Assembly: GCA_963753495.1 (NCBI GenBank)
Contig: CAVWCO010000005.1
Span: 172,466 to 236,465 of the forward strand
Source: an uncultured Bacteroidales bacterium
GTDB taxonomy: Bacteria > Bacteroidota > Bacteroidia > Bacteroidales > VadinHA17
DNA length: 64,000 nucleotides
Reading direction: 5' to 3'
Position numbers and translations under genes: made by a program. The notes beneath the pieces were generated by a model that saw only the letters and a list, made by a program, of their open reading frames with translations, did not search any database and was not told where the DNA came from. Below are positions 1-11,532 of this stretch, one piece after another. Each line of letters begins with the position of its first letter. Position 1 is the stretch's first letter.

Positions 1-2
1 TG

Positions 3-452
3 ATCAGGGAGAGTCTTGCTGATTTTCAGGGAGTTGAACACCGGTTGGAACCGGTAATCACAGTATGCGGTGTAAATTTCATAAATGATTCAAAGGGCAC
101 AAACGTCAATTCGACCTGGTATGCCCTCGAATGCATGGAAACAGACATCATATGGATTGCAGGAGGCATAGATAAAGGGAATGATTATTCCGAGCTTTTC
201 ACAATCGTAAAGCAGAAAGTTCTGGCAATTGTCTGCCTCGGGAAAGACAACAGGAAGATTGTTGAAGCATTTAAGGATCTGGTTCCTACAATAGTCGAAA
301 CCGCTTCAATGGAAGAGGCTGTAAGATCGTCATACTACCTTGCAAAAAAGGGACAGACAGTTCTTTTATCACCTGCATGTGCAAGTTTTGACCTTTTCAA
401 CAATTATGAAGACAGGGGGCGTCAGTTTAAACAGGCTGTAAGAAATCTGTAA
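3..452 (+). CDS. murD: UDP-N-acetylmuramoyl-L-alanine--D-glutamate ligase, 5'-partial
   Basis: GVEHRLE, FINDSKGTN, IAGGIDKG and LLSPACASFDLFNNYEDRG motifs; dcw context; frame open from the window edge. Confidence 0.95.
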   Translation: MRESLADFQGVEHRLEPVITVCGVNFINDSKGTNVNSTWYALECMETDIIWIAGGIDKGNDYSELFTIVKQKVLAIVCLGKDNRKIVEAFKDLVPTIVETASMEEAVRSSYYLAKKGQTVLLSPACASFDLFNNYEDRGRQFKQAVRNL

Positions 453-463
453 AAAAACAGTAA

Positions 464-1675
464 ATGCAACAGGGCTGGTTTACAAGGACTTTTAAGGGTG
501 ACAGGATCATATGGGGACTGGTGGTCCTTTTCATGATTTATTCATTGCTGGCTGTCTACAGCTCATCGGTAAGCGTTGCATACCTCAAGCATGGCGGAAA
601 CACCTCTTATTTCCTGAGAAGCCAGTTTTTTATGCTGATACTCAGTTTGGTAATCATTGTCGTAGTGCATTATCTGCCTTACAGGATCTATTCTTCGATG
701 GCAGGATTAATACTTCTGTTTTCTGTTGCATTGCTGATCCTGACATTTGCGATAGGAGCCAGGGTAAACGAAGCCGTTCGTACTATTGAAATACCCGGAA
801 CAGGATTCCGCCTTCAGACCTCTGATGTCGCCAAGGTAGCCCTTGTTCTTTATCTGGCGAGGGAACTATCCAGGTTCCAGGGCGAGCTCAACAATTTCAT
901 GCTGGTGACCAGACGTCTTATGCTGCCTGTTGCAGTCATTTGTGCTCTGATCATGCCGGAGAATCTTTCGACAGCTATGATGGTTTTTGGTATCAGCATG
1001 ATAATAATGTTTATAGGAAGGGTTCCCTTCAAATATCTTCTGGCTTATGTCGGCATTGCCGTTGCAGGAGTCATTTTATTTGCATTGCTGCTTGGTATTT
1101 TTACCGAGAAAAACAGGGTGCAGGTTTGGAAAAACAGGATTGAGAATTTCTTTTCAGGGAAGGTGAATGAGGATGCTGATTACCAGTCGAACCAGGCAAA
1201 AATAGCCATTTCAACAGGGGGTTTATTCGGGAAGGCCCCTGGCAAGAGTACTCAGCGGAATATGCTTCCCCAGTCAAATTCAGATTTCATCTTTGCAATT
1301 ATTATAGAAGAATACGGATTACTGTTTGGAGCTATTCCTTTAATACTTGCATATATGATATTGCTGTTCAGGGGTATCATGATAGTTAAAAAATGTGAGA
1401 CCGCTTTTCCTGCTTACCTCGTAATAGGACTGATTATAATGATAACAGTCCAGGCTATGCTTAATATGCTGGTAGCGGTCGGACTCTTTCCTGTAACGGG
1501 CCAGACACTGCCAATGGTAAGCTGGGGAAGGACCTCAGTTCTTGTGATGAGCTTTTCCATAGGGGCGATCCTGAGTGTAAGCAGGGTAGTAAATGCAAGA
1601 ATAAAGCAGGAAGAATTGCCTGAAGAGGAAAAAACTGACGAAGGAGAAAAGATATATGAACCTGCAAAGGCATAA
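464..1675 (+). CDS. ftsW: SEDS peptidoglycan polymerase FtsW
   Basis: Multi-TM protein with SDFIFAIIIEEYG and PVTGQTLPMVSWG motifs; between murD and murG. Confidence 0.93.
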   Translation: MQQGWFTRTFKGDRIIWGLVVLFMIYSLLAVYSSSVSVAYLKHGGNTSYFLRSQFFMLILSLVIIVVVHYLPYRIYSSMAGLILLFSVALLILTFAIGARVNEAVRTIEIPGTGFRLQTSDVAKVALVLYLARELSRFQGELNNFMLVTRRLMLPVAVICALIMPENLSTAMMVFGISMIIMFIGRVPFKYLLAYVGIAVAGVILFALLLGIFTEKNRVQVWKNRIENFFSGKVNEDADYQSNQAKIAISTGGLFGKAPGKSTQRNMLPQSNSDFIFAIIIEEYGLLFGAIPLILAYMILLFRGIMIVKKCETAFPAYLVIGLIIMITVQAMLNMLVAVGLFPVTGQTLPMVSWGRTSVLVMSFSIGAILSVSRVVNARIKQEELPEEEKTDEGEKIYEPAKA

Positions 1676-2771
1676 AAGGGTGATCATCAGCGGAGGAGGT
1701 ACCGGTGGACATATTTTCCCGGCAATTTCCATTGCCAATGCTTTGCGCAGGCTCGACGGGGATATTGAAATCCTTTTTGTGGGGGCAGAAGGCAGGATGG
1801 AGATGGAAAAAGTTCCTGCGGCAGGTTACAGGATAATAGGACTTCCGGTGGCCGGTATCGACCGGAAACATATTTTCAGGAATTTCTCAGTGTTAATAAA
1901 ACTTCTTAAAAGCCTTAAGCTGGCGAGAAAAACTATAAAGGATTTTAAGCCGGATGTCGTCGTGGGTGTCGGAGGGTATGCCAGCGGTCCGGTATTAAAG
2001 CAATCTGAAAGGCTGGGGATACCGGTCCTTATTCAGGAACAGAACAGTACATCGGGAGTAACCAACAAGCTGCTCGCCGGTAAGGCCTCTGTTATTTGTG
2101 TAGCCTACGACGGAATGGATAAGTACTTCCCTGCCGGCAGGGTAGTAAAAACGGGCAATCCGGTGCGTCAGAATTTCGATAACATTGGTCAGCTTCGCGA
2201 CGAAGCACTTGGATTTTTCAATCTCAGGAAAGATTTGCCTGTAATTCTCATTCTTGGAGGATCGCTTGGTGCTGGAAAAATTAACAAGCTCCTTTCTGAC
2301 AATATTATAACGGTCAAAAATTCGGGTTACCAGTTGCTATGGCAAACCGGGAAATATTATTATGAAAATATCAGAAAGATTGTAACGGAATCATCTTCAG
2401 GCAATATCGCTGTTTATCCGTTTATTGACAAAATTGACCTGGCATTCAGCGCGGCTGATGTTATTGTTTCAAGGGCCGGGGCAGGAACAATCTCAGAGCT
2501 TTGCCTTGTCGGGAAACCTGTCATCCTTGTGCCTTCCCCAAATGTTGCAGAGGATCACCAGACAAGAAATGCATCAGCACTTGAAGCGAAAGGCGCCGCT
2601 GTGGTAATTGCTGACGATATGGTCGAAAAACTGCTTGTGAATGAGATGACAAAGCTTGTTTCTGATACTCACAGGAAGAAGATGCTTTCGGAGAATATCT
2701 CCAAAATGGCTGAACGTGACGCCGATTTACGGATAGCAAAAGAAGTGCTTAAGCTGATAAAAAATGATTGA
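1656..2771 (+). CDS. murG: Undecaprenyldiphospho-muramoylpentapeptide GlcNAc transferase
   Basis: SGGGTGGHIFP, GGYASGP, QEQNS, GGSLGA and SRAGAGT motifs. Confidence 0.97.
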   Translation: MNLQRHKRVIISGGGTGGHIFPAISIANALRRLDGDIEILFVGAEGRMEMEKVPAAGYRIIGLPVAGIDRKHIFRNFSVLIKLLKSLKLARKTIKDFKPDVVVGVGGYASGPVLKQSERLGIPVLIQEQNSTSGVTNKLLAGKASVICVAYDGMDKYFPAGRVVKTGNPVRQNFDNIGQLRDEALGFFNLRKDLPVILILGGSLGAGKINKLLSDNIITVKNSGYQLLWQTGKYYYENIRKIVTESSSGNIAVYPFIDKIDLAFSAADVIVSRAGAGTISELCLVGKPVILVPSPNVAEDHQTRNASALEAKGAAVVIADDMVEKLLVNEMTKLVSDTHRKKMLSENISKMAERDADLRIAKEVLKLIKND

Positions 2772-4158
2772 CCTCAAAAACATAGAAGGAATTTATTTTG
2801 TCGGGATAGGAGGTATCGGCATGAGCGCCCTTGCTTTATATTTTGAGCGGGGAGGGTTCTTAATTGCAGGTTATGACAGGTCAGAGACAACCATAAGCAG
2901 AATGCTGACCGATAATGGCTGTATAATTTCATATGAGGATAGTGTTGAGAAGATCCCTCTCCTGTTCAGAAATGTTCCGGAAAAGGAGAGTGTGATCGTG
3001 GTTTTTACTCCCGCCATTCCTAATGATAATAAGGTAATTTCATTTTTCAGAAAGAACCGATACCGGCTGTATAAGAGGTCCGAGATCCTGGGGGAAATAT
3101 CATCCCGGACCAGTACCCTTGCTATTGCAGGTACTCACGGAAAAACTTCGGTATCGACGATGACGGCCCACCTGCTGAAACAATCACATGTTGATTGTTC
3201 AGCTTTTCTTGGCGGCATTTCAAAGAACTATAATACCAACCTCCTTGTTGGAGAAAGCGAATATACTGTCATTGAGGCTGATGAATACGACAGGTCATTT
3301 CTCAGGCTTGATCCGCTGATGGCAGTAGTTACATCTGTTGATGCTGATCACCTTGATATCTATGGCGACAGGGAGTCAATGATAAAGGCATATAATGAAT
3401 TCTGCGGCAAAATAAGACAGGGTGGCAAATTATTCATAAACCATAAGATCAGGGAGAGGATAAAAATTCCCGAAGGCGTCAGCGGATACACTTATGGATC
3501 GGAACCGGGCTCTGATTTCAGGGTTTTTGAGATACAGCACTTAAAAGATTACTACAGTTTTAATCTTCTGACACCTGATGGTATAATAAGTGATCTTCAT
3601 TTCCCTTTTCCCGGAATAATAAATATTGAAAATCTTACCGCTGCGATTGCAGTTGCTCTGAATTGCGGTGTGACTGAACAGGAGATACGAAAAGCAATTA
3701 TTCTCTTTCAGGGAGTCAGAAGACGATTTGACATAAGGATAGACCTTCCGGGACTTACATACATTGATGATTATGCTCATCATCCTGAAGAGATAAAAGC
3801 ATGCATAAACTCTGTCAGGGAGTATTTCGCCGGCAGGAAAATTACCGGGATATTCCAGCCGCACCTTTACTCGCGGACCCGCGATCATGCGGCCGGATTT
3901 GCAGAAATCCTCGATGAACTTGATGAGACTTTGCTTCTCCCTGTCTATCCTGCGCGTGAAAAACCAATCCCCGGTGTAAATTCCGAGATGATTTTTAACT
4001 ATATGAAATCAGCAAGGAAGAGGATGGTGAAAATGGATGATATTCCTGAATGCCTTGATATAAGCAGTCTGGATGTGCTGCTTACAATAGGTGCGGGAGA
4101 TATTGATAAGCTTGTTGTCCCTATTGAAGAAAAGATTAAAACCATTACCGGATTATGA
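2764..4158 (+). CDS. murC: UDP-N-acetylmuramate--L-alanine ligase
   Basis: GIGGIGMSAL, AGTHGKTS, EADEYDRSF, DDYAHHP and FQPHLYSRT motifs. Confidence 0.97.
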   Translation: MIDLKNIEGIYFVGIGGIGMSALALYFERGGFLIAGYDRSETTISRMLTDNGCIISYEDSVEKIPLLFRNVPEKESVIVVFTPAIPNDNKVISFFRKNRYRLYKRSEILGEISSRTSTLAIAGTHGKTSVSTMTAHLLKQSHVDCSAFLGGISKNYNTNLLVGESEYTVIEADEYDRSFLRLDPLMAVVTSVDADHLDIYGDRESMIKAYNEFCGKIRQGGKLFINHKIRERIKIPEGVSGYTYGSEPGSDFRVFEIQHLKDYYSFNLLTPDGIISDLHFPFPGIINIENLTAAIAVALNCGVTEQEIRKAIILFQGVRRRFDIRIDLPGLTYIDDYAHHPEEIKACINSVREYFAGRKITGIFQPHLYSRTRDHAAGFAEILDELDETLLLPVYPAREKPIPGVNSEMIFNYMKSARKRMVKMDDIPECLDISSLDVLLTIGAGDIDKLVVPIEEKIKTITGL

Positions 4159-4931
4159 GCAGAATATTAAAAATATTATTGCTCGTGCCGACATTATATC
4201 TTGTGGCAATGCCTGTTTACTACTCACAATGGGCCCATTCAAAGCCATGCCGCAGGATAAAGATTACAATTGTTGATTCATCTCAATATCATTTTGTTAC
4301 AAAAAAAGATATCCAGAATACAATTATCAGTGACAACGGAAACCTCATCGGTAAGCCTGTCAGGGAAATCAGCGTTGATGACATTGAAAAGACTATGACC
4401 AGGTACAGAGAGCTGAAAACAGCTGAAGCCTGCATGGAGATTGACGGGACCCTTCACATATATGCTGATCAGCGCACCCCGATCATGAGGTTGATGCCGA
4501 ATAACGGAGGCGACTATTATGTCGATACCGAAGGGGTGGTTGTAAGAAGAAGGAACCTTTATACACCCCGGTTGCATATTGTCGGAGGTAATATTAACAT
4601 CAGCCAGGCAATGATGAATGGAGTCAGCGTTCTGGATACAAGTATAAAAAATTCCATTCTGAAAGATATATTTTACCTCGTCAGGTATATCAATAAAGAC
4701 GATTTCTGGTCAGCACAGATCGATCAGATCTTTGTTGACGGCAATGATGAGATTGACCTGATACCCAGGGTAGGGAATCATACAGTTCACCTCGGGAGCG
4801 CCGTCAATTATGAAGAAAAGCTGAAGAATCTTGAAGTATTCTATGATAAGGTCCTCCCTGAAGTGGGATGGAATAAGTATTCAACTATAAATCTGGCATT
4901 CAGGGATCAGATAGTTTGTAAACGCAGATAA
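4155..4931 (+). CDS. ftsQ: Cell division protein FtsQ/DivIB (Bacteroidota type)
   Basis: N-terminal TM; position between murC and ftsA; C-terminal GWNKYSTINLAFRDQIVCK typical of Bacteroidota FtsQ. Confidence 0.85.
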   Translation: MSRILKILLLVPTLYLVAMPVYYSQWAHSKPCRRIKITIVDSSQYHFVTKKDIQNTIISDNGNLIGKPVREISVDDIEKTMTRYRELKTAEACMEIDGTLHIYADQRTPIMRLMPNNGGDYYVDTEGVVVRRRNLYTPRLHIVGGNINISQAMMNGVSVLDTSIKNSILKDIFYLVRYINKDDFWSAQIDQIFVDGNDEIDLIPRVGNHTVHLGSAVNYEEKLKNLEVFYDKVLPEVGWNKYSTINLAFRDQIVCKRR

Positions 4932-4953
4932 CAGAAAAACCATATTTCAGACT

Positions 4954-6320
4954 ATGAACAATAAGGAACAGTATGTAGCAGCAATCGACATAGGAACCAC
5001 AAAAATTGTGGCTATTGTCGGAAAGAAAAACGAGAATGGTAAAATTGAGATTCTCGGGCTCAGCAAAGCTCCCTCAAAAGGAGTGAAAAGAGGAGTGGTC
5101 CAGAACATTGAGGAAACAGTCAATGCCATTCAGGCAACCGTTGAGGATGTCCAGAAGCTTTCAGGTGTTATGTTTTCCGAAGTCTTTGTCGGGATCGCAG
5201 GCCAGCATATAAAAAGCCTGAAAACCCGCGGATACATAATGCGCGATTCATTCGAGGATGAAATAAAAAAGGAGGAGGTCTTCAAGCTTATAGAGGACAT
5301 GTACAAGATACATGTCGACATAGGAGAGGAGATAATCCATGTGATCCCCCAGATTTTCATCATCGACAATGAAACAGGCATAAAAAGTCCGATAGGTATC
5401 TGCGGCAGGCGTCTTGAGGCAAATTTCCATATTGTGATCGGGCAGGTTGCCGCGGCCAAGAATATCGAAAAATGCATCAGCAGGGCTAATCTTCGTGTAA
5501 AGGATCTGATACTTGAGCCACTGGCATCGGCAGATGCTGTTTTGACAGAGGATGAAAAAGAGGCAGGTGTTGTACTTGTTGATATCGGAGGTGGAACAAC
5601 CGACCTTGCAGTTTATTATGATAATATAATCAGACATACTGCAGTGATCCCATTCGGAGGGAATGTTATAACAAAGGATATAAAGGAGGGATGCGCAATT
5701 CTCGACCGCCATGCGGAACAGCTTAAGCTTCAGTACGGTTCTGCTCTTGGGGATATTGCTCCTGAAGATAAGGTTGTTTCTATTCCGGGGATCAGCGGCA
5801 GGAATCCCAAGGAGATCTCATTCAGGAGCCTTGCTTATATAATCCAGTCGAGAATGGAGGAGATAATCGATATAGTGAACTTTGAGATCCAGAATTCAGG
5901 TTATGCCGATAAGCTTGCCGCAGGTATGGTGATAACGGGCGGAGGCGCAATGCTTAAAACATCTGCCGCAGCTAATGAAATTCAAAACAGCGATGGATGT
6001 CAGGATCGGCTACCCGAATGAACACCTTGCAGGCTCCGGACGGAATGAGATAAACCAGCCCATGTTTGCCACAAGTGTTGGGTTGATTATCCGAGGGTTT
6101 GATCACCTCGAGACATATAAAAAATCATTCAATGCCGGTACGAAAGAAGAATTATGTGAAGATAAAGAAAACTGTAATAGAGAAGGTTGAGAAGGAAATT
6201 ACAGAGGATATACCTGAAGAACCTGAAACATCGCCGGCAGAGGAAAAAGTGTCTATTACAGACAAGATCAAGCAGATGATTTCAAACATGTTTGAGGTAG
6301 AGGATCAGAAGATTAATTAA
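4954..6320 (+). CDS. ftsA: Cell division protein FtsA, split by two apparent indels (~5960, ~6150)
   Basis: DIGTTKI, VDIGGGTTD and GMVITGGGAML motifs; continues in ORFs 5975..6190 (VRIGYPNEHL) and 6099..6320. Confidence 0.93.
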
Positions 6321-6380
6321 TTTGAAATATGGTTTGACTGTGAACGGAGTACTGTTCGTAAACAATTTAATACTAGCACA

Positions 6381-7867
6381 ATGACAGACGATATAATGAA
6401 TTTTGATCTTCCGGTTGAGAGATCATGCACTTATAAAGGTTATTGGAATTGGCGGCGGCGGCAATAATGCCGTAAATCATATGTACGAAAAAGGCATCAA
6501 GGATGTGAACTTCGTGATTTGCAATACCGACCATCAGGCCCTTGCCCGAAGCCCGGTCCCGATAAAGGTCCAGATTGGCGAATCGATAACGGAAGGTCGC
6601 GGTGCCGGCAGCAAACCTGAGGTTGGACGCAAGGCTGCCATGGAAAACATTAAGCAGGTTATGGATGCCATCTCGGGTAATACCAAAATGGTGTTTCTTA
6701 CAACCGGAATGGGGGGAGGTACAGGTACCGGTGCAATCCCGGTTATTGCCAAAGCCTGCAAGGATGCCGGATTGCTTACAATAGCCGTGGTTACCATCCC
6801 GTTTAAATCTGAGGGGAAGATCCGTATAAGGTATGCAATCGATGGTATTACCGAGCTTAAAGATAATGTCGATTCACTTCTTGTAATTAACAATGAAAAG
6901 CTGCGGGAAATTTATGGTGACCAGGGAGTCTCAACTGCATTTGCCAAAGCTGATGATATTCTCACAACCGCCGTAAAGGGAATTGCTGAAATAATTACGG
7001 TGGCCGGGTATATTAATGTCGATTTCGCTGATGTTGAGACAGTAATGAAAGATTCAGGTGTTGCAATCATGGGGATGGGCACGGCTGCCGGTGAGAACAG
7101 GGCTTTGACGGCGATAGAGAATGCACTTGCATCACCGCTTCTGAATTCAAATGATATCACTGGCGCAAAAAGCATCCTTATAAACATTTCATCAGGGGCG
7201 GGGGCCAATGAACTTACAATGGATGAGCTGGGCCAGATAACCGATTATATGTACGAAGCAGCCTCTGAGGATGCACTCATAATCAGAGGATTATCGCAGG
7301 ATGCGAACCTTGGGGAAAATATCAGTGTTACAGTGATTGCCACAGGATTTCCTTCAAACAGCATCTTCACCCCATACAAAAAGCCGAAACCCAGAAAAGT
7401 AGAATTGCTTGCCGATGCCAACATCCATTCCGCCGCATATTATTCCTGAAAAAGGGGATGATACTTTTACAGTGCACCAGAAATCATCAAATTCGGTAAT
7501 CTCAACTATTGATGATGAAATCCAGGGCGAGCTTGATTTCAATCTGGAGAATGCCGGTGAGCTGACAGAACTAAGGGGAAGGAAGCAGAAGGATGATATT
7601 GATGAAAAGGAGAACCGTGAGACAACCCTTCAGAAGGTGAAACACATGCAGAACTTCTTCAAGAAGGAAGGCCTCTCAAACAAGATCATAAAGGATAATA
7701 TTGAAACCTTTGAAGATGTTCCGGCATATGTAAGAAGAAATATGTCGCTTGGACCAAAAGAGAAGGAGAATGACAGCAAGGTTTCAAAATTCACTTTGTC
7801 ATCGGGCGATGGTGAGGAACCGGTTCTGAGGGAGAATAATGCATACCTCAACGATAACGTTGATTAG
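6381..7867 (+). CDS. ftsZ: Cell division protein FtsZ, apparent indels at ~6425 and ~7415
   Basis: IKVIGIGGGGNNAV, GMGGGTGTGA and INVDFADV; ATG at 6381 (MTDDIMNFDLP) is in another frame; C-terminal ENNAYLNDNVD tail in ORF 7409..7867. Confidence 0.95.
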
Positions 7868-7885
7868 GAATAATATTGAATTTAT

Positions 7886-7937
7886 ATTGTAGGGGCGTTG
7901 CATGCAACGCCCTTACAATTTATACATGCAACGCCCC
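7886..7937. repeat. GTAG-type REP-like palindrome plus partial second arm
   Basis: ATTGTAGGGGCGTTGCA-TGCAACGCCCTTACAAT (7886-7919, one mismatch), then CATGCAACGCCCC at 7925-7937. Confidence 0.75.
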
Positions 7938-7968
7938 ATCCAGTTTTATAATAAATCTGCATAATTCC

Positions 7969-7976
7969 TATATTTG
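7969..7976 (+). promoter_or_regulatory. Bacteroidota sigma-A -7 box
   Basis: TATATTTG matches TAnnTTTG just upstream of ATG 7983. Confidence 0.55.
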
Positions 7977-7982
7977 CCGCTG

Positions 7983-9904
7983 ATGAGGCGAAATATTGCG
8001 ATATTACTGATTCTTGGCTCTTTCATCAGTTCTAGCTGCACAGATCAGGATACTATAAAACCAAAAATTCTGAACAGTGGAATCTCTCTTCCGATTTCAC
8101 TGAAGAAGTCACTATCCCCTTCGATACTGTTTTTTCGCTTTTTAACCAGTACAGGCTGGCTGATAAATATTCTCCGCTTAATGCCACCCTTGGCAGCTAT
8201 GGATTGCCATTCTACCAGATAAACTTTTTCGACAGGGTTACGGATCCTGATAAGTACCTTTTCAGTAATTATTATCCCCTGATGTATCAGCCTGAAAAGT
8301 ACGTTTTTATGAATACTCAGGTGCCATTTACAGAGGTTGTCTGGACATATGGCGGACCGCGTGATATTGCTGACCAGACCTTCAGGGTCAGGCATTCCCA
8401 GAATGTTAACCGGTACCTTAACTTCGGTCTTGTTTATGATATAGTTTACAACCTTGGGCAATACCCCTATCAGAGAGCCGACGACAAAAATTTCACATTT
8501 TACAGTTCATATACCGGAGAAAAGTACAAATACTATTTTGCAACCGGGATAAATAACCTGACCTCATTTGAAAACGGCGGCATTCAGGATGAAAGTCAGC
8601 TTGAAAACTTCGATACTCGAACTGTTGCTGTAAATCTGGGAGGATTGAATAAAGCAAAAAGCATACTAAAAAACAAGAATCTGCTTCTGGTGCAGCGGTA
8701 TACCGTAGGTAAGAAAACCTCGTCCGGTAACCGACAGTACAGCTGCAGTTGCAGAAATACCTTCAGGTTAAGCGGTACTTTTTCACATATTTTAGTTCTC
8801 GACGGAAACAAGCGGACATACTCTGATGATTCACCTGAATCAGGATTTTATGATTCAATTTACATAAATAAGGATTTCACATTTGACTCCCTTTATGCCA
8901 GGAGCATCAAGAACACAATAAGATTTGATTTTGCAACGGATGAAACACGAAAATTCAGGCTTGGAGGAGGTGTAGGAATCAGGAATGAGATATTCAAATA
9001 CAGCCAGATAGTGCCGACACATGATACTCTTCAGGCTGATACGTCAGTCTGGCAAAAACAGCAATAACGTTCTGACAGGCAAATTGTACAGTGATATCGG
9101 TGATAAATTCCGCTGGATTGCAACAGGGGAACTTTTCCTGACCGGTTACAGGGCAGGTGATTTTAATATTAACGGGGTAATTTCAAAATCATTCGGCTGG
9201 AAAAAGGGACTTGCTTCCTGGAACATAAATGGATCAATAGCAAACAGGCAGCCATCATTCTGGTATGAGCAATGGGGAAGCAATCATTTTGAATGGCATA
9301 ATAATATTAACAAGGAATTCAGGATTGACCTCGGGACAACCTTCTCTTATCCGGCACGGAATGCAGTGTGAGGTTTAATTATGCAATAATAGATAATTAT
9401 ACTGGTTTCGATACCCTGGCATTGCCTGCGCAGCATACGGGGGGACTTTCGGTTGCATCTCTCTATGCGAGAAAAGATTTCAGAGCCTGGAAGTTTCATC
9501 TTTCTGCCGACCTGCTTGTGCAGCAAAGCAGTAATACTGAAGTGCTTGACCTTCCGCTTTTTACAACAAAGACAGCAGGCTATTTCGAACATCTCTTCAA
9601 TTTCAGAAAAACAAATGGCCAGTTAAACATGCAGATAGGAGCTGAGGTTCTGTATCATACCTTATACCATGCTTATTCCTATATGCCATCGACCGGTAGG
9701 TTTTACAATCAGGACCAGGTCGAGACCGGCAATTATCCCTTTATAAATGTATTTCTGAATCTCAAACTCAAAAGGACACGGATCTTTCTTATGTTCGATC
9801 ATGTCAACTCCGGACTCATGGGATATGACTATTACATGGTCCCCACTTACCCAATGAATGTCAGGATGTTCAGGTATGGGCTGGCCTGGACTTTTTATAA
9901 TTGA
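7983..9904 (+). CDS. Putative porin (Bacteroidota outer-membrane beta-barrel), split by several indels
   Basis: Signal peptide; beta-strand pattern across ORFs 7974, 8204, 9021 and 9368; GNYPFINVFLNLKLKRTRIF and aromatic C-terminus FRYGLAWTFYN. Confidence 0.75.
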
Positions 9905-9914
9905 AAATTTTACG

Positions 9915-9922
9915 TATCTTTG
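9915..9922 (+). promoter_or_regulatory. Bacteroidota -7 box upstream of mltF
   Basis: TATCTTTG; implies the real start is TTG at 9964. Confidence 0.55.
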
Positions 9923-9963
9923 TCCTTTCAATTAAAAGAATTAGTTTAACAAAAGGAGACTAT

Positions 9964-11437
9964 TTGATAAAAAAACTATTTATTCTGATATTAATATCGG
10001 TCGCAATAATTCTGTCCTGTTCCGATAATCACCCTGAAATACACAAAAAAGATATAGTAGCTTTTGATCTGGATTCAATAAGGGCAAGAGGCAGGCTGAA
10101 CGTTGTTACTGATTTTAACTCGACAAGTTATTTTATATACAAGGGCGAACCATGGGATTCCATTATGAGCTTCTGAAGGCTTTTTCAGATCATATCGGAG
10201 TTGATCTTGAGATAACCACAGAGAATCATCTCGATGATGCTTTCGATATGCTTCATACAGGCCAGGCCGATCTTCTGGCAATGGGATTGACAGTCAATGC
10301 TTCAAGAAAGAAAGAGATTCAATTTACTGAACCTATTGACAGTACCCGGCAGGTACTTGTACAACGGAAGCCGCACAAATGGAGGACTATGTCGTCTTCA
10401 ATCGTTGAAAGCAACTTACTTCGGAATCAGACCGACCTGGCAGAAAAGAGTCATTTATGTCCAGAAGGGATCGTCGCATGCTGAGCGGCTTTATGCAATG
10501 GCAGAAGAGATCGGGGAACCAATAACAGTTATAGAAGTGCCATTTGAATCTGAGACACTTATTCAACTGGTTGATGACGGAGAAATTGATTTTGCGGTTT
10601 GTGATGAGAATATTGCAGTTGTAAATTCCACCTATTATCCTGATATAGACGTTAAAACGCCAGTCAGCTTTTCTCAGAATATAGCCTGGGGAATCAGAAA
10701 AACTCATTCGGTTCAGCTTCAGAAAGAGCTCGATCAATGGATCAGCAACTTCAAAAAGACACAGGCATTTGCACTTCTTTATGCAAAATATTTTAAAAAC
10801 TCGCGTTCCAGCACGATTGTAAAGAGCGATTATTATGCTCTGAATACCGGAAAAGTATCACAGTGGGATGATCTGATCAAAACATACAGCGAGAGCATAA
10901 ACTGGGACTGGCGGCTCCTTGCTTCCCTGATTTACCAGGAATCAAGATTCATGCCTGACGTTGAATCACCTGTGGGAGCGTACGGACTTATGCAGATTAT
11001 GCCTGAGACTGGAAAACACTTCGGGATAGATATATACTTCCTCACCACGGAATAATATAAAAGCCGGTGCAAAATATATCGACTGGCTCCATTCCATTTT
11101 TGATCCGAAAATACCGGACGAAAATGAAAGGACCCGCTTTATACTGGCATCTTATAATGCCGGTCCGGGCCATATTCTTGATGCGATGAAACTTGCAGAA
11201 AAAAATGGCAGGGATCCTTTAATATGGGAGGATAATGTTGCGGTATGGTTGCAGAAGAAATCGGAGCCAGAGTATTATAACGATGCTGTGGTTAAGAACG
11301 GTTATTTCAGGGGAAAGGAATCAATTGCTTTTGTCAATGAGATTCTTGACAGGTATGAGCATTACAAGAATATAATTCCTGAAAACGATAAGCCTGTTTC
11401 ATATATGCCGCGTGGCAGCTTCAACCAGATTAACTAA
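9964..11437 (+). CDS. mltF: MltF-type lytic transglycosylase (solute-binding domain + SLT), split by indels
   Basis: LDSIRARGRLNV, GFHYELL, DWRLLASLIYQESRF and GAYGLMQIMP; ASYNAG motif read upstream of ORF 11186. Confidence 0.85.
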
Positions 11438-11532
11438 CCCCCTTTAATTCCCCCCAAGGGGGGAAATGAAATCCAGTAATATTTCCTGGATTTTCTCCCC
11501 CTTGGGGGAGATCCCGAAGGGAGAGGGGGTTC
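11436..11532. repeat. GC-rich multi-hairpin element, copy 1
   Basis: AACCCCCT...AGGGGGTT terminal inverted repeat enclosing four hairpins; fills the gap between the convergent mltF and permease stops. Confidence 0.9.

Noticed and set aside
4954-7867. Frameshifts in ftsA and ftsZ as pseudogenes or programmed frameshifting
   Set aside because: Similar single indels hit valS, the porin, mltF, P1, P5, the TonB receptor, T9SS genes and the final sensor. Essential genes are affected and no shared slippery motif is evident, so sequencing error is the simplest explanation.
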